From assembly GCA_043228905.1 (NCBI GenBank), contig JBHGNT010000157.1, positions 1-64,000 on the forward strand: DNA of 64,000 nucleotides, given 5' to 3'. How positions within the stretch are numbered: the first letter of the stretch is position 1; every line of letters starts with the position of its first letter. This stretch comes from Azolla caroliniana (lineage: Eukaryota > Plantae > Polypodiophyta). Below, one piece after another: positions 51,001 to 61,573 of this stretch. The notes under the pieces are model-generated. The model had not been told where the DNA came from. It worked only from the letters and a program-made list of their open reading frames with translations, and searched no databases. A program made the position numbers and the translations under genes.

Positions 51001-53345
51001 AACCGGCCCCGATCCCGAAATGGATTCGGATGAAGAAGAAGAATCGGAAGAACCGGTTACCGAAGCTCCTGAACGGAGATATCCTCTAAGAGAGAGAAGG
51101 GCCCCCCGGAGATTTCCGGAACCAGAGCACGTGCTGCTAACCGACGAGGGGGAGCCGGAGAGCTTCGAAGAAGCAAAGCATGACACCCAGAGCCGCAGGT
51201 GGTTGAGTGCCATGCAGGACGAGATGGATTCCCTGCATGAGAACCACACATATGAACTTGTGGAGTTGCCGAAAGGAAAGCGGGCACTTCGAAACAAGTG
51301 GGTGTTCAAGCTGAAGCCGGGAGATGCCGGAAACCCCCCGAGATACAAAGCCAGGATCGTGGTGAAGGGGTTTCAGCAGAAGAAGGGCGTCGACTTCGAC
51401 GAGATATTTGCCCCGGTAGTGAAGATGACCTCCATCCGGACGGTGCTGAGCATAGCGGCAAGCATGGACCTCGAGGTAGAACAGATGGACGTGAAGACGG
51501 CATTCCTTCACGGTGACCTCGATGAAGAGATCTACATGCAGCAACCGGAAGGATTCGAGAAGAAAGGGAAGGAGCACCTGGTATGCGGATTGAAGAAGAG
51601 CCTTTACGGACTGAAGCAGGCTCCTCGGCAATGGTACCGGAAGTTCGACTCCTTCATGACCGACGAAGGGTACCTCAAAACGCAGTCCGACCACTGCGTG
51701 TTTGTGAAGAAGTTCGAAGGAGGAGACTTCCTAATACTCCTCCTGTACGTGGACGACATGTTGATCGTCGGACGGGACCAGGTCAAGATACGGATGCTGA
51801 AGAAGGCTCTTCACCGAACCTTCTCAATGAAGGACCTGGGTTCGGCGAGACAAATACTAGGGATGCACATCATCCGGGACTGGAAGAAGAAGCAGTTGTG
51901 GCTGTCACAGGAGAAGTACGTGACGAAGGTGCTTCACCGGTTCAACATGTCGGAAGCAAGGCCGGTCGGATCGACCCTCCCGGCAAACTGCAAGTTGTCC
52001 AACAAGCAAAGTCCCAAGACAAAGGCTGAAAAGGAGGATATGATGAAAGTGCCATATGCCTCAGCCGTCGGGAGCTTGATGTACGCCATGGTGTGTACGA
52101 GACCGGACATCGGATATGCAGTCGGAGTGGTGAGCCGGTACATGAGCAATCCCGGCAAAGAGCATTGGAACGCGGCCAAGTGGATACTCCGATACCTGAA
52201 GGGCACGGCAAACGTGTGCCTCCGATTCGGCTCCGGTAAGCCCGAACTCGACGGCTTTACCGATTCGGATATGTCGGCTGATGCAGATACCAGCCGGTCC
52301 ACATCAGGGTATGTGATGACGTATGCAGGGGGAGCTGTTTCATGGCAGTCGAGGCTGCAGAAGACGGTTGCTTTGTCAACTACGGAGGCGGAGTACATGG
52401 CGGCTGTTGAAGCCGGCAAGGAAGTAATATGGATGAAGGACTTCATTAGAGAGCTCGGTATCCGGCAGGAGGAGTACCGACTCTACTGTGACAGTCAGAG
52501 TGCAATCCACCTTGCGAAGAACGCGGCCTATCACTCCCGGACGAAGCACATCCAACGAAGATATCACTGGATCCGGGAAAGGATAGAAGACAAGGAGTTC
52601 GTGCTGACGAAGATCCACACGGACGAGAACGGGTCGGATATGCTGACCAAGGTGCTCACACCCGACAAGCTGGAAGCATGCCGGAAGAGGATCGGATTGG
52701 AAAGACATCCCATCCCGAAGTGAAGGGGGAGTTTGTTGGGATTACGGTCCCTTCGGATGGGATGGTCGGATATCGGAGATGAATGCCGACCAACCCGGTT
52801 TCGGTTTCGGAACCGGATGATGAAGACCCCGACATCGGAGTCGGATGACGAATGTACCCGAAGAAGAGATCCGGATGCAGGGACATATCCATGAATATGT
52901 CAGCTAAGGGCCCCCTGAGGCTATAGTTGTAAATAGCCCCAAAGTCATATATATGTATAAATATGACTTAGGGCAAACTGTTTTAGTGTTGCTATTCATT
53001 TTTCTGTTTTTCCACTCTAGAAGAGTGAAGAGAGAGCAGCCGTGAGAGAGAGAGAGAGAGATAGAGCGCGAGAGAGGAAGAGGACGACGCCTCTGTGTAT
53101 TTCCGCCGCCTGTGGCGAGGACAACGAGCTCAAGGTCGTCGCCTTGCAGCTCGCCATTGTATACCTTTCTGTACATAGTGTTGGTTTGGAGTCTTGTACT
53201 CCCGTGGTTTTTCCCGTACAGGGTTTTCCACGATAAATCGTGTGTCCTCTCTAATCTTTGTATTTCCCATTTTCTGCTCCATTGATTCGCGATTACTCGG
53301 TTGTGGCCGAGTGGTGAAGGTTAATAGAAGGGACGTTTCCCAACA
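48005..53345 (+). mobile_element. Intact, very young Ty1/copia retrotransposon (Tnt1/Tork-like); 612-bp LTRs 48005-48616 and 52734-53345
   Basis: TSD AGAAA (48000-48004, 53346-53350). PBS TGGTATCAGAGC (48620-48631). PPT GAAGGGGGAG. About 3 visible LTR mismatches. Confidence 0.98.
48647..52723 (+). CDS. Copia Gag-Pol polyprotein (Gag, CCHC, PR, INT, RT, RNase H), 1358 aa
   Basis: CFHCGKPGHFRKNC; WVVDSGAS; WHKRLCH..CTDC; VHTD/RADNGGEY/NGLAER; LLYVDDML; TKHIQRRYHWIRE; SDMLTK. The ORF is uninterrupted. Confidence 0.98.
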   Translation: MEGGGSGQPGMMVLNAQNYADWKIKMEDLLIVRDLYEPIDRSEIPKGVLESEWKLLNRKAVATIRQYVDVSVLQHVANDTNAYEMWKKLSGLYERKNALNRTSLMRKIVNLKYRDGESMVEHVSTFMGFVNQLAAIKFPLEDAMQAIILMCTLPESWENLVVTLSTSCTEDNLSLQTVKTSILNEEARRRDKEPASDPKALLTESDRGRQWNRSPQRREKSGTRSQSRGRPTCFHCGKPGHFRKNCRHYRKDNGADDTDSKKSPERNGAYRGATDRRGSDRRGQDRKGTTALAASEEEIMLITEEGELNIAGDETTWVVDSGASFHLTPERRYFSSYTAGEHGCVRMGNEGTCRIAGIGDVWLTTPTGCKMLLKDVRHVPEVRLNLISAGRLDDEGYTGSIRNGVMKFSKGSLIVARARKVNTLYLMNARLCPEELNVAADTAGELWHKRLCHMSEKGMKRLAEDNLIPVKHVHLEKCTDCLAGKQNRASFHSRPPTRRSAPLELVHTDVCQVETKSHGGAQYFVTFIDDYSRKLWTAPLKTKDQVLCVFKELHARVERESGKKLKAIRADNGGEYRGQFQEYCRSKGIRLEFTVPKTPELNGLAERMNRTIMERVRSMLAHAKLPKGFWAEAMSTATYVINRSPSVPLDGDTPQKVWTSKEVSYRHLKVFGCLAYVHVAKDRRGKLDPKTRPCIFLGYGDDEFGYRVWDPVDKKIFRSRDIIFMENKTLADWESEKKMKSSKSTGEDQLYEEQSRPARDRLALEDPAEDGEETEPAEEDENDTGTGPDPEMDSDEEEESEEPVTEAPERRYPLRERRAPRRFPEPEHVLLTDEGEPESFEEAKHDTQSRRWLSAMQDEMDSLHENHTYELVELPKGKRALRNKWVFKLKPGDAGNPPRYKARIVVKGFQQKKGVDFDEIFAPVVKMTSIRTVLSIAASMDLEVEQMDVKTAFLHGDLDEEIYMQQPEGFEKKGKEHLVCGLKKSLYGLKQAPRQWYRKFDSFMTDEGYLKTQSDHCVFVKKFEGGDFLILLLYVDDMLIVGRDQVKIRMLKKALHRTFSMKDLGSARQILGMHIIRDWKKKQLWLSQEKYVTKVLHRFNMSEARPVGSTLPANCKLSNKQSPKTKAEKEDMMKVPYASAVGSLMYAMVCTRPDIGYAVGVVSRYMSNPGKEHWNAAKWILRYLKGTANVCLRFGSGKPELDGFTDSDMSADADTSRSTSGYVMTYAGGAVSWQSRLQKTVALSTTEAEYMAAVEAGKEVIWMKDFIRELGIRQEEYRLYCDSQSAIHLAKNAAYHSRTKHIQRRYHWIRERIEDKEFVLTKIHTDENGSDMLTKVLTPDKLEACRKRIGLERHPIPK

Positions 53346-56174
53346 AGAAATTCGTATCCCAATTGCAGGAAAAAGGATTAAAATATTTAAAAGGAGGGAG
53401 TCATTAGAGCCTGAATTTTATGAAGAAGTAGAAGAACTAAAAGAATCGGAAGAAGTGTTGGATGAACTCTGCACAACCAATGTGCAAGTTCAGAGGGGGT
53501 GGGTGTCGTGAAGAATGTGCTTCACGATATAAAAATGAGCTTAAATGTTGTATTTAATAATATTTGAGAGACTTGAACCCACATCCTTATATACGATGTA
53601 CAATGTACATATTTTGTAAAAATGTGTAATAAATGTGCTTCATGATATAAGAATGAAGCTATATATTGTATTAAGTAAAATTGAGGGACTTGAACCCTCA
53701 ACCTTGTATACCAAGCACCAAGCATACACCACTAAGCTAGGTTAATTATTTTAGAATGTATTTTCATCATTATACTTATCCCATATCTATTTTCATACAT
53801 AGCCATCATTCATCACATGCAATGCATGTGCGCCAAATGGCGATCATGCATTACATGTAACTCATGCATTGCATGCATGCCATGCTCCCATACATTACCA
53901 TATGCATGACAACACTTATATAAGGAGGGGCAAGGAAAACAAGAGGGAATCAAGAAGAGAGAGTGAGAAAATAATACAATTAAGTAAAGAAGACTAGCTC
54001 ATTGGGTGGAGAACCTCTCGTTTCGAAGTTGAGGTCGTGGGTTCAAATCAAGGGTCGGTAGAGAATGTGTTCAGTTTGCGATCAAGGATTGTAAAGTTGG
54101 TAAAATATTGTCTTTTTAATATACATCATGTTTATATCAAATACTCTTGCTTCTTGATTCATACTTTGTCTCAATCTTCCTTCTTAAATCATATTTTGTC
54201 TCTAACTTGCTTCTTGAATCATATATTATCTCTATCTTCTATCTATTCTCGTCTCTCTCTCACACACATTACTCGTAACTCTTCTTCTTGCTACTCTTAA
54301 CCTTTCTAACATCACCATACACCCCTTATTAAAAGTTAAGTTTCTTCAACTCCCCTTAACCTTAGTCCCTGTGACTTCGCCGCACGAACCACAACTACCC
54401 TGACAACGCTCCTGAATGAAGAGATAGTGCACTTCGATATGCTTTGTGCATGCGTGGAACACTGGGTTCTGAGCCAAATAAATACTGCTCATGTTGTCGC
54501 AGTAAAGGGGAGTCGGATCCTTGATGGGAACGCCCAGATCCTTCAAAATCCTCTTAAGCCATACGACTTCACATGCAGCTACGACTGCACCCCTGTATTC
54601 CGCTTCCGTACTCGAAAGAGTGACGGTAGGTTGCTTTTTGCTACTGCACGAAATCGCTCCGCTGCCGAGGGAGAAGACGAATCCGGAGGTCGATTGTCGA
54701 TCTGCTTTGTAGCCAGCCCAATCCACGTCCGTGTATCCTTCGAGTCGTATTGGTGTGGTCGATTTGTAGAGAATGTCGTAATCCATTGTTCCACTCACAT
54801 ATTGTAATACTCGCTTAGCACAATCGAAATGATTATCTTAAGGAGTTTGCATGAATTGGCTAAGGAGTCCGACCAGATAGCTAAGGTCAGGTCGTGTGAT
54901 CATGAGATAGATGAGACTCCCGATCAGTTGTCGATATTGAGTCGGATTGCACTCATTCGTGCCGGAGTCGGCATCTAGTTTGAGGTTTCTATCGAGAGGC
55001 GTAGCGATCGATTTGCACTCCTTCATCCCGAACTTGTATAACAAGTTGAGAATGTAGTGCCGTTGAGAGATCATAATGCCGGCCGGATTCCGAATCACCT
55101 CAATTCCTAGGAAGTAGGGTAGCTCCTTCATGTCCGTCATCTCGAATTTGTTGGAGAGGAGGGACTTCACCTTGTTGTTGTCGACTAAATGCTCACCTCC
55201 AATAACGAGATCATCCACGTATAGAATGATGACAATTGGGCTTTTAGACTCGTTTTGTACATAGAGGGAGTTGTCGTATTTCGACATTCGAAAGCCGATT
55301 ATATGAAGATATTGCGTAATCTTTGAATGCCAAGCATGTGGTGCTTGCTTGAGGCCGTAGAGAGGCTTCTTGAGTCGACATACAACTTTCAGATGGATGT
55401 TGGATTCGAAGTTGGGTGGTTGAACCATGTACACCTCCTCTTTCAATTCACCTTGAAGAAAGGCGTTCTTTACGTCCATTTGGTGAAGGTGCCACCCTTT
55501 CGCCGCTGCAAGTGCGATCACGATCCGCACAGTTGTCATCTTTGCCACTGGGGCAAAGGTCTCTTCGTAGTCAACTCCATGTGTTTGTGCATATCCTTTC
55601 GCTACAAGTCGAGCTTATTAGCAATTGACGGAGCCATCAGCATTATACTTCACCTTGTAGATCCATTTGCAGCCTATCGCCTTCTTGTGCGGTGAGTGGG
55701 GAATGATATCCCATGTGTCGTTCTTGCGTAGTGCACACATCTCCTCGTTCATTGCTTCGATCCATCGCGGGTCCTTTGCGGCTTCGGAAAAGGTTTCCGG
55801 CTCCCATACTGTTGCGACCTTCATCATAAAGGCGTAATGGTATGCCATATACTCATCGTAGCCGAAGCGGCTTACGGGGTTCTTTTCATGGGTGGATCGG
55901 CGTAGCTTCTCGTTTGCGGATTCTAAGGCTTTCTTCACTCCATTTGTCCGGATGTCAAGGCCTTCAAACTCACTATCGAGGGAGTGAGTCGATTCGTTGC
56001 CATCGAAATGAGTGTCTTCATACTCTGGCATTTTGGCCTTCCCTTTGTCCATCTTCGGACTCGACCGAGATGTGCTTTGATCGCTCGGGGGCTCTTGTGG
56101 CCCACTAAGCCTTGTTCTTCGAACATGTGCGTGAGTGGATCTTAGGCTTCTATCTCTATTTCGGCGGAATCCGG

Positions 56175-56704
56175 TGTCGTAAAGATTTTCTTCCATAGGC
56201 GGAAACCGGGGTGGAAAGGGCAAGTCGGTGGTGTGCAACATATGCACACGTATACTAGGAAATGGTGTATAGAAATAAGAGGGGAGATTTTATCCCACAT
56301 TGTAAGGTCCCTCCCTCCTTGGGCTATAAAAGGAAGGGAGGGGTCACTTATGAAGGGTTGCCTATTTTGCGAATGATGGGGATACCACTTAGCCTAGAGT
56401 TCTTACCGTTTTAGGGTTAGGGTTTCGTTTAGGGTTTTCCTTATTCATCTTCGGTTAGGGTTTTCTCATAGTCGTTTGGTGTGGCTCATACGGCCACCAT
56501 TGTTGTAATCATTCGTTTGTTTTAATATGTCTTGTTGAGTATCTTACCTCCGCCGATCTCTCCTTCTATGTGGTGATCTTATTCTTTCTTCTTGTCCTCT
56601 TGAGCTAAGCTTCCAAACATATCTTATTCTTTCTCCTCTACTCCCTAGTCCAAGACCCCAGTGGTCCCGCCTCTTTCTACACGCACGTGCGTAACAACGT
56701 GACA
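56175..56704 (+). mobile_element. Solo LTR of a Gypsy related to the Trp-primed families
   Basis: Begins TGTCGTAAAGATTTTC (compare TGTCATGAAGATTTTC at 2718) and ends GTGACA. TATAAAA at ~56325. Flanks CCGG/CTGG. Confidence 0.75.
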
Positions 56705-57842
56705 CTGGGTCGAGTGGAATTGGAGTCGAAGTTGTCTCTGGTGCGTACCAAGATGTGGACTCTCTGTACTTTGTTCTTGTCTTTTGTTTCTTGGTTGTCT
56801 TGGTTCTTGTGTCTCTCATTTTGTACGTGTTGACCGGTTGTGGCCGACTACATATTTATAAAAATTGGTATTAGAGCGATGGATGAACATCTTGGAGGAA
56901 TGTTCAAGCTAATCGGCTCCAACTATTCAGTGTGAAGTCAAAGATGAGGGATATTTTGGTGTGTTGAGACCTCTGGTTGCCGGTGTAGTTCAGAGATGAT
57001 AAGCCAGACAAAATCTGTAAAGAATCGGATATGATTCTTGTGAAGCAGAAGGGGTGTGTGTTATGTGTGTATGTGTGAGAGAAGAGACGAGAGAGGAGAG
57101 GAGAGAAACACAAGATAGATAAGAGACAATATGAAGTACTCAAGAAGAAGAAGGAGATGTATATTAACAAGTAGAATATGAGATACAAAATAACGTTACA
57201 AGGAGTCACAAAATAACGTTCTCAAACGGTGTGTTCACACGTTGCTCTGTGTTGAGCTTGATTCTCAAAAAAATCTATACATCAACTTGGAGGTTATGCA
57301 TCTGAAGACGACAACCTACATCAGATGTTTTATAGACATGAGTCTATATAACAATTTCAATGAAGAGACAAAGGAAAATGTCTTGTGGAAGGAGATCGGT
57401 GTTATGTTCAAGAACAAAAACACCATTAAAAGAGTTTCAGTCTTCCGGAAGATTATGAGACTGAGGTACCAAGATGGCTCAAGCATGGCAGAGCACTTGA
57501 ATGCCTTCCAAGGACTGATCAACCAGACCACCTCTCTGGAAGTACCTCTTGCCGAAGGGGTATTAACATTGTTGTTGTTGGCATCCCTTTTAGACAGTTG
57601 GGAGACACTCATTGTCACATTGGGAAACGTCGGACCGGAAGGGAAGCATCTATCCCTAGAGAAGGTGAAGTCGAGCTTATTAAATGCAGAAGCTTGTCGG
57701 AAGGACAAAAAGTCCTTTTCCGACCCGAAGGCCCTAGTCATAGAAGGTCACTCAAACAGAGGGAGAGGCCAACAGAGAAGTCCCCAAAACCGGGACAAGT
57801 CTGGAATGAGGTCGAAGTCAAGGGGGAGTCTCACGTGCTTCT

Positions 57843-58213
57843 TGTTGAGAAGCAAGCTCAACATGGGCTGGATCAACTGAAGAAGCGGATAGCCAAATCA
57901 GATGAAGACCGATCGACTAGGCCGGGATTGGTTGAAGAAACCAAGAGTTGGATCATATTAAGACTGATCGGATAGGGCGAATCGGATGGAATCCGATAGT
58001 TCGTTAGGGGCCTATATTCCTATTTTAGCAAATAGGAATATTATAGGTTGTTAGTGTTAGTTAATGAGCATTCAAGTGCGTGTCAATACTTGTGTCAGCC
58101 CACTCTTTAGGGCTTGTATAAAAAATGCTCAATGAGCACATTGTATGGACTGAGTATTTTTGGAGTATCTTGTAATAGAATTTTCTGTTGTCTGATCTCT
58201 CTTAGTCTCTCCT

Positions 58214-58277
<64 letters not shown>

Positions 58278-59420
58278 ACTCTGTGTTTTGTGTTGACTAA
58301 CTATTCATCTTCCAGATAACCCACCGATTGTCGGTTCACAAACTTCCGCACATAAATATTTACATGGTATCAGAGCGTGAGAGTTGAGAAGCATCCTCCG
58401 CAGTCGACGTAGCTTACTAACAAGAGCCATCAGTAGGGTTACGGAAAAGGAAGAATAGAAACATGGACAGAGGCATGGGTGGCGCTCTTCTGATAGAGAA
58501 GTTGTAAAGAAGCAGCTACACATCTTGGGAATACAAGATGCACCAATTCCTGCTCGGCTATGGCTACCTGAGTTACATCCAAGGAGAAAATGAAGTCGCA
58601 CCGGAATCGGCACACAAGGATTTTCCAGCCTGGGAGCAAGGAGCAAGTAGAGTCTTGTGCTGCCTTGCATCCAATGTGCATGATCAGATGTTGGGCTACA
58701 TTCGGAATGCAAAAAGACGTCGAAGGAGCCATGGGAAAATCTCAAGAAGATTTTCGCCGCAAGTACCACGACCTGGAAGTTGCAGCTTCAGCAAGAGCTC
58801 AACAATATTTGACAGAAGGATATGTCGGTGATCGACTACACCATGAACATCAAGGAGATCTACGATGCCTTAGGGTTCATCAATGTGTCGGTGGACGAGG
58901 AAGAAATTGTACAGATCTGCCTTGGTGGTCTAGCTCCGAGGTACAGGCCGATCCAGGCGACTATTTGCATGAGGGAGAAACCACTATCATTCTTTGACCT
59001 GCAATCAATGCTTATGCTCGAAGAAAACCACATAAGTGCATCAAGAAGCATGCAATCAGACAATCCGATGTTGTACATGGAGGCAGGTAGACCCTGTGGC
59101 TGTGGAGACCATGGTGGATTAACACGCAATGGTGGCAGTCGACAAGAGCAGAACCAGAGGCACAACGGAGGTGTCGATAGCAGTGGACACTCCACAAACA
59201 TGGGGAGTCAGGGTGGTGCCGAAGGTAGGTAAAACAAAGCCAATGCTAGAAGAAGAAGGTCAACTTCGACAAAGCCGAGTTAGGCAAAGCATAGGGAAAT
59301 CGACAACGATCGCACTTCGTTGAAGGCTCGAACCAGGTTGGAATGGGTCCTACATTTGCCATGAAGCATAAGACTAACTCGATGATGACGAGCACCTCGA
59401 AACCAAACAAGGTGTGGTAT
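57843..59420 (+). mobile_element. Copia 5' part (LTR 57843-58364, PBS 58365-58376, degenerate gag to protease start)
   Basis: TGTTGAGAAGC...TTTACA|TGGTATCAGAGC. Gag motif LSFFDLQSMLMLEE. Protease WYVDSGASN. Confidence 0.85.
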
Positions 59421-59439
59421 GTCGATTCTGGAGCATCAA

Positions 59440-59716
59440 ATCTTGGTACAATAATTGACATATGTGTTCATTACTTTAAGGAGTTGATTGGCCCACAATT
59501 GTTAATGACAAATGAGGTGAGTAGAGCACGCCACGAGTTTTATGATGTGGTTGGATGTATTGTGCACGACCTCATTAGTCACGAATTGGATGCGTATTTC
59601 ACTAATGATGAGATGTACACAGTTTTAAGGCCTCTTCCTAGTGGTAAGAACCCTGGTAAGGATGGCTTGACAAGTGAAGTTTTTAAGCAACATTCAAACA
59701 TTTCAAAGGAACCCTT
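59440..59716 (+). pseudogene. LINE (non-LTR) ORF2 fragment upstream of RT
   Basis: LDAYFTNDEMYTVLRPLPSGKNPGKDGLTSEVFK matches the L1-type K[SA]PGxDG..[ES]F[FY]K motif. Confidence 0.7.
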
Positions 59717-61573
59717 TGACGGGAACTAAAACGCTCCTTCTACACGACGCTCGGCCACAACCGAGCTTCCAATGTGGCCCACAGCTTCCGGTTGTGGTCA
59801 TCTATGAACGTCACGAAGTACTGTGCTCCGGCATGTGACTTCGTGTCTACTTGACACACATCCGTATGCACCAACTCCAATGGTGCATTAGGTCTCATCG
59901 GTGGCCTTGGTCGGAAGGAGGTCCGGTTTTGCTTACCGGCCAGACAATCAGTGCACTTCTCCAAGTGCACGTTCTTCACTGGAATGAGGTTGTCGTCTGC
60001 AAGCCTCTTCATCCCCTTCTCGCTCATATGACACAGTCTCTTGTGCCACAGCTCACCAGCAGTGTCGGATGCCAGGTTCACTTCTTCCGGACATAACCGG
60101 GCATTCATCAGGTACAGTGTGTTGACCTTCCGGGCCCGAGCCACAATCAGGCTCCCTTTGCTGAACTTCATGACACCGTTCCAGATGCTACCTGTGTAGC
60201 CTTCATCATCTAGCCGACCGGCTGATATCAGGTTCAGACGAACCTCCGGAACGTGTCGGACATCCTTCAGCAGCAACTTGCATATGGTTGGTGTTGTCAG
60301 CCAAACGTCTCCTATGCTAACAATTCGGTATGTGCCTTCATTCCCCATCTGGACACAGCCGTGATCACCGGTTGAGTAGGATGAGAAGCACTTCTGGTCA
60401 GGGGTAAGGTGGAACGACGCTCCGGAGTCTACCACCCAAGTCATCTCGTCGCCGGCAAGGTTTATCTCACTCTCCTCGGTGATGAGCATCAACTCTTCTT
60501 CACTTGCCGCGATTGCCGTCGTCCCCTTCCGGTCCGGCCCCCTCCGGTCTTTACCGTTCCGGTCCGGAGTCCGCATCGAATCGGTACCGTCGGTTTCCTT
60601 GTCCTTTCGGAAATGTCCCGACTTGCCGCAATAGAAGCAAGTGGGCCTCCCCCTTGACTTTGACCGTGTCCCCGACTTCTCCCGGTTCTGGGGACTACGG
60701 TTTCTATGTCTTCCGCGTTCCGATTCGGTAAGGAGCGCTTTGGAGTTGGAGCTCGTATCTTTATCTTTCCGACGCGCCTCCTCATCTAGCAAGCTCGACT
60801 TTACTCTTGCTAGGGATAACCGCTTTCCTTCCGGCCCGGCGTTGCCCAAAGTGACAACCAGCGTCTCCCAACTATCTGGGAGGGAACCGAGCAGGAGTAA
60901 CGCTAGTACCTCATTAGCGAGAGGTACTTCCAATGAAGTTGCCTGGTGGATCAGCCCCTGGAAGGCATTCATGTGCTTTGCCATGCTGGAGCCATCTTGG
61001 TACCGGAGTCTTACTAGCTTCCGGAATACCGAAACCTGATTAACAACATTTTTGTTTTGAAACATTATGTCGATCTTCTCCCAGAGCTCATGAGCCTTGC
61101 TCTCTTCATTGAAGTTGTTGTACAGGCTCATGTCGATGAAGCACCGTATGTACGTCGTTGTCTTCATGTGCATCACCTTCCATATCGCGGCGTCGATTTT
61201 GTCCGGTCTCTTGTCCCCGAACTGAACCGGCAGCCAGAGGTCTTTAACCATGAGCATGTCCCTCATCTTCGACTTCCACACTGAATAGTTGGAGCCGGTG
61301 AGCTTGAACATGCCGCCAAACGAGTCGTCCATTTTCTGTGTCGTTTCGCTCTAATACCACTGGACGGGAACTAAAACGCTCCTTCTACACGGCGCTCGGC
61401 CACAACCGAGCTTAGAATCATACACAAAAAACGGGAAATAATGAACGACACGAAGAGGAGATGAGTACGCAGGATGTTTACGTGGAAAACACAAACTAAG
61501 GGGAAAAACCACGGCAGCCCACAGGCTGCAAACTATCACTATGTTAGTACAACAGTGAGTTCACGGAGGCAAC
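59717..61573 (-). mobile_element. Internally deleted Copia (gag-PR-INT N-terminus ORF 59740-61332; PBS 61348-61359; 5' LTR from ~61362 interrupted at 61574; only ~50 bp of the 3' LTR terminus kept at 59717-59768)
   Basis: 530-aa ORF with WVVDSGAS, WHKRLCH and VHTD. GACGGGAACTAAAACGCTCC...GAGCTT is present at both 59718 and 61363. Confidence 0.88.

Larger units (their letters stand above)
44759..53503 (+). pseudogene. pol (RT-RH-INT) of Gypsy G, with frameshifts and stops, interrupted near its end by the intact Copia
   Basis: ORFs 44759-45163, 45156-46154, 46021-46593 and 46765-48003. The tail EIRIPIAGKRIKIFKRR resumes at ~53347. Confidence 0.9.
32803..54405 (+). mobile_element. Ty3/gypsy non-chromovirus element G (902-bp LTRs 32803-33704 and 53504-54405; Trp-type PBS ~33709; gag-PR, -1 frameshift, RT-RH-INT), split by two insertions
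   Basis: Near-identical TG..CA LTRs. 4-bp TSD ACGT/ACGC. RT (LPQGATNS, FLDDV), RH and INT (YNPEANGKVERGH) motifs in ORFs 45156-48003. PPT GAGGGGGTGGG. Confidence 0.92.
32049..57270 (-). mobile_element. Copia element B inserted in the gag of element A (3' LTR 32049-32518; RNase H tail 32519-32802; RT/RH 54406-56174; partial LTR 57016-57270)
   Basis: TSD AAATC at 32044-32048 and 57271-57275. ORFs 54346-54798, 54838-55548 and 55618-56247 carry copia RT/RH motifs (LYVDDL, KHIEVHY). Confidence 0.8.
30911..57842 (+). mobile_element. Copia element A: 5' LTR 30911-~31894, PBS 31898-31909, gag start 31911-32048, gag resuming 57276-57842 after nested insertions
   Basis: LTR start TGTTAGGAAACATGTCCCTC. 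PBS TGGTATTAGAGC. The gag MDEHLGGIFKL...KPDKI is continued by ...MHLKTTTYIRCFIDMSLYNNF (ORF 57242-57880), homologous to 59740-61332. Confidence 0.75.

Noticed and set aside
48700-52892. Antisense and alternate-frame ORFs over the Copia polyprotein
   Set aside because: Shadow ORFs from GC-rich coding sequence, with no recognisable motifs.
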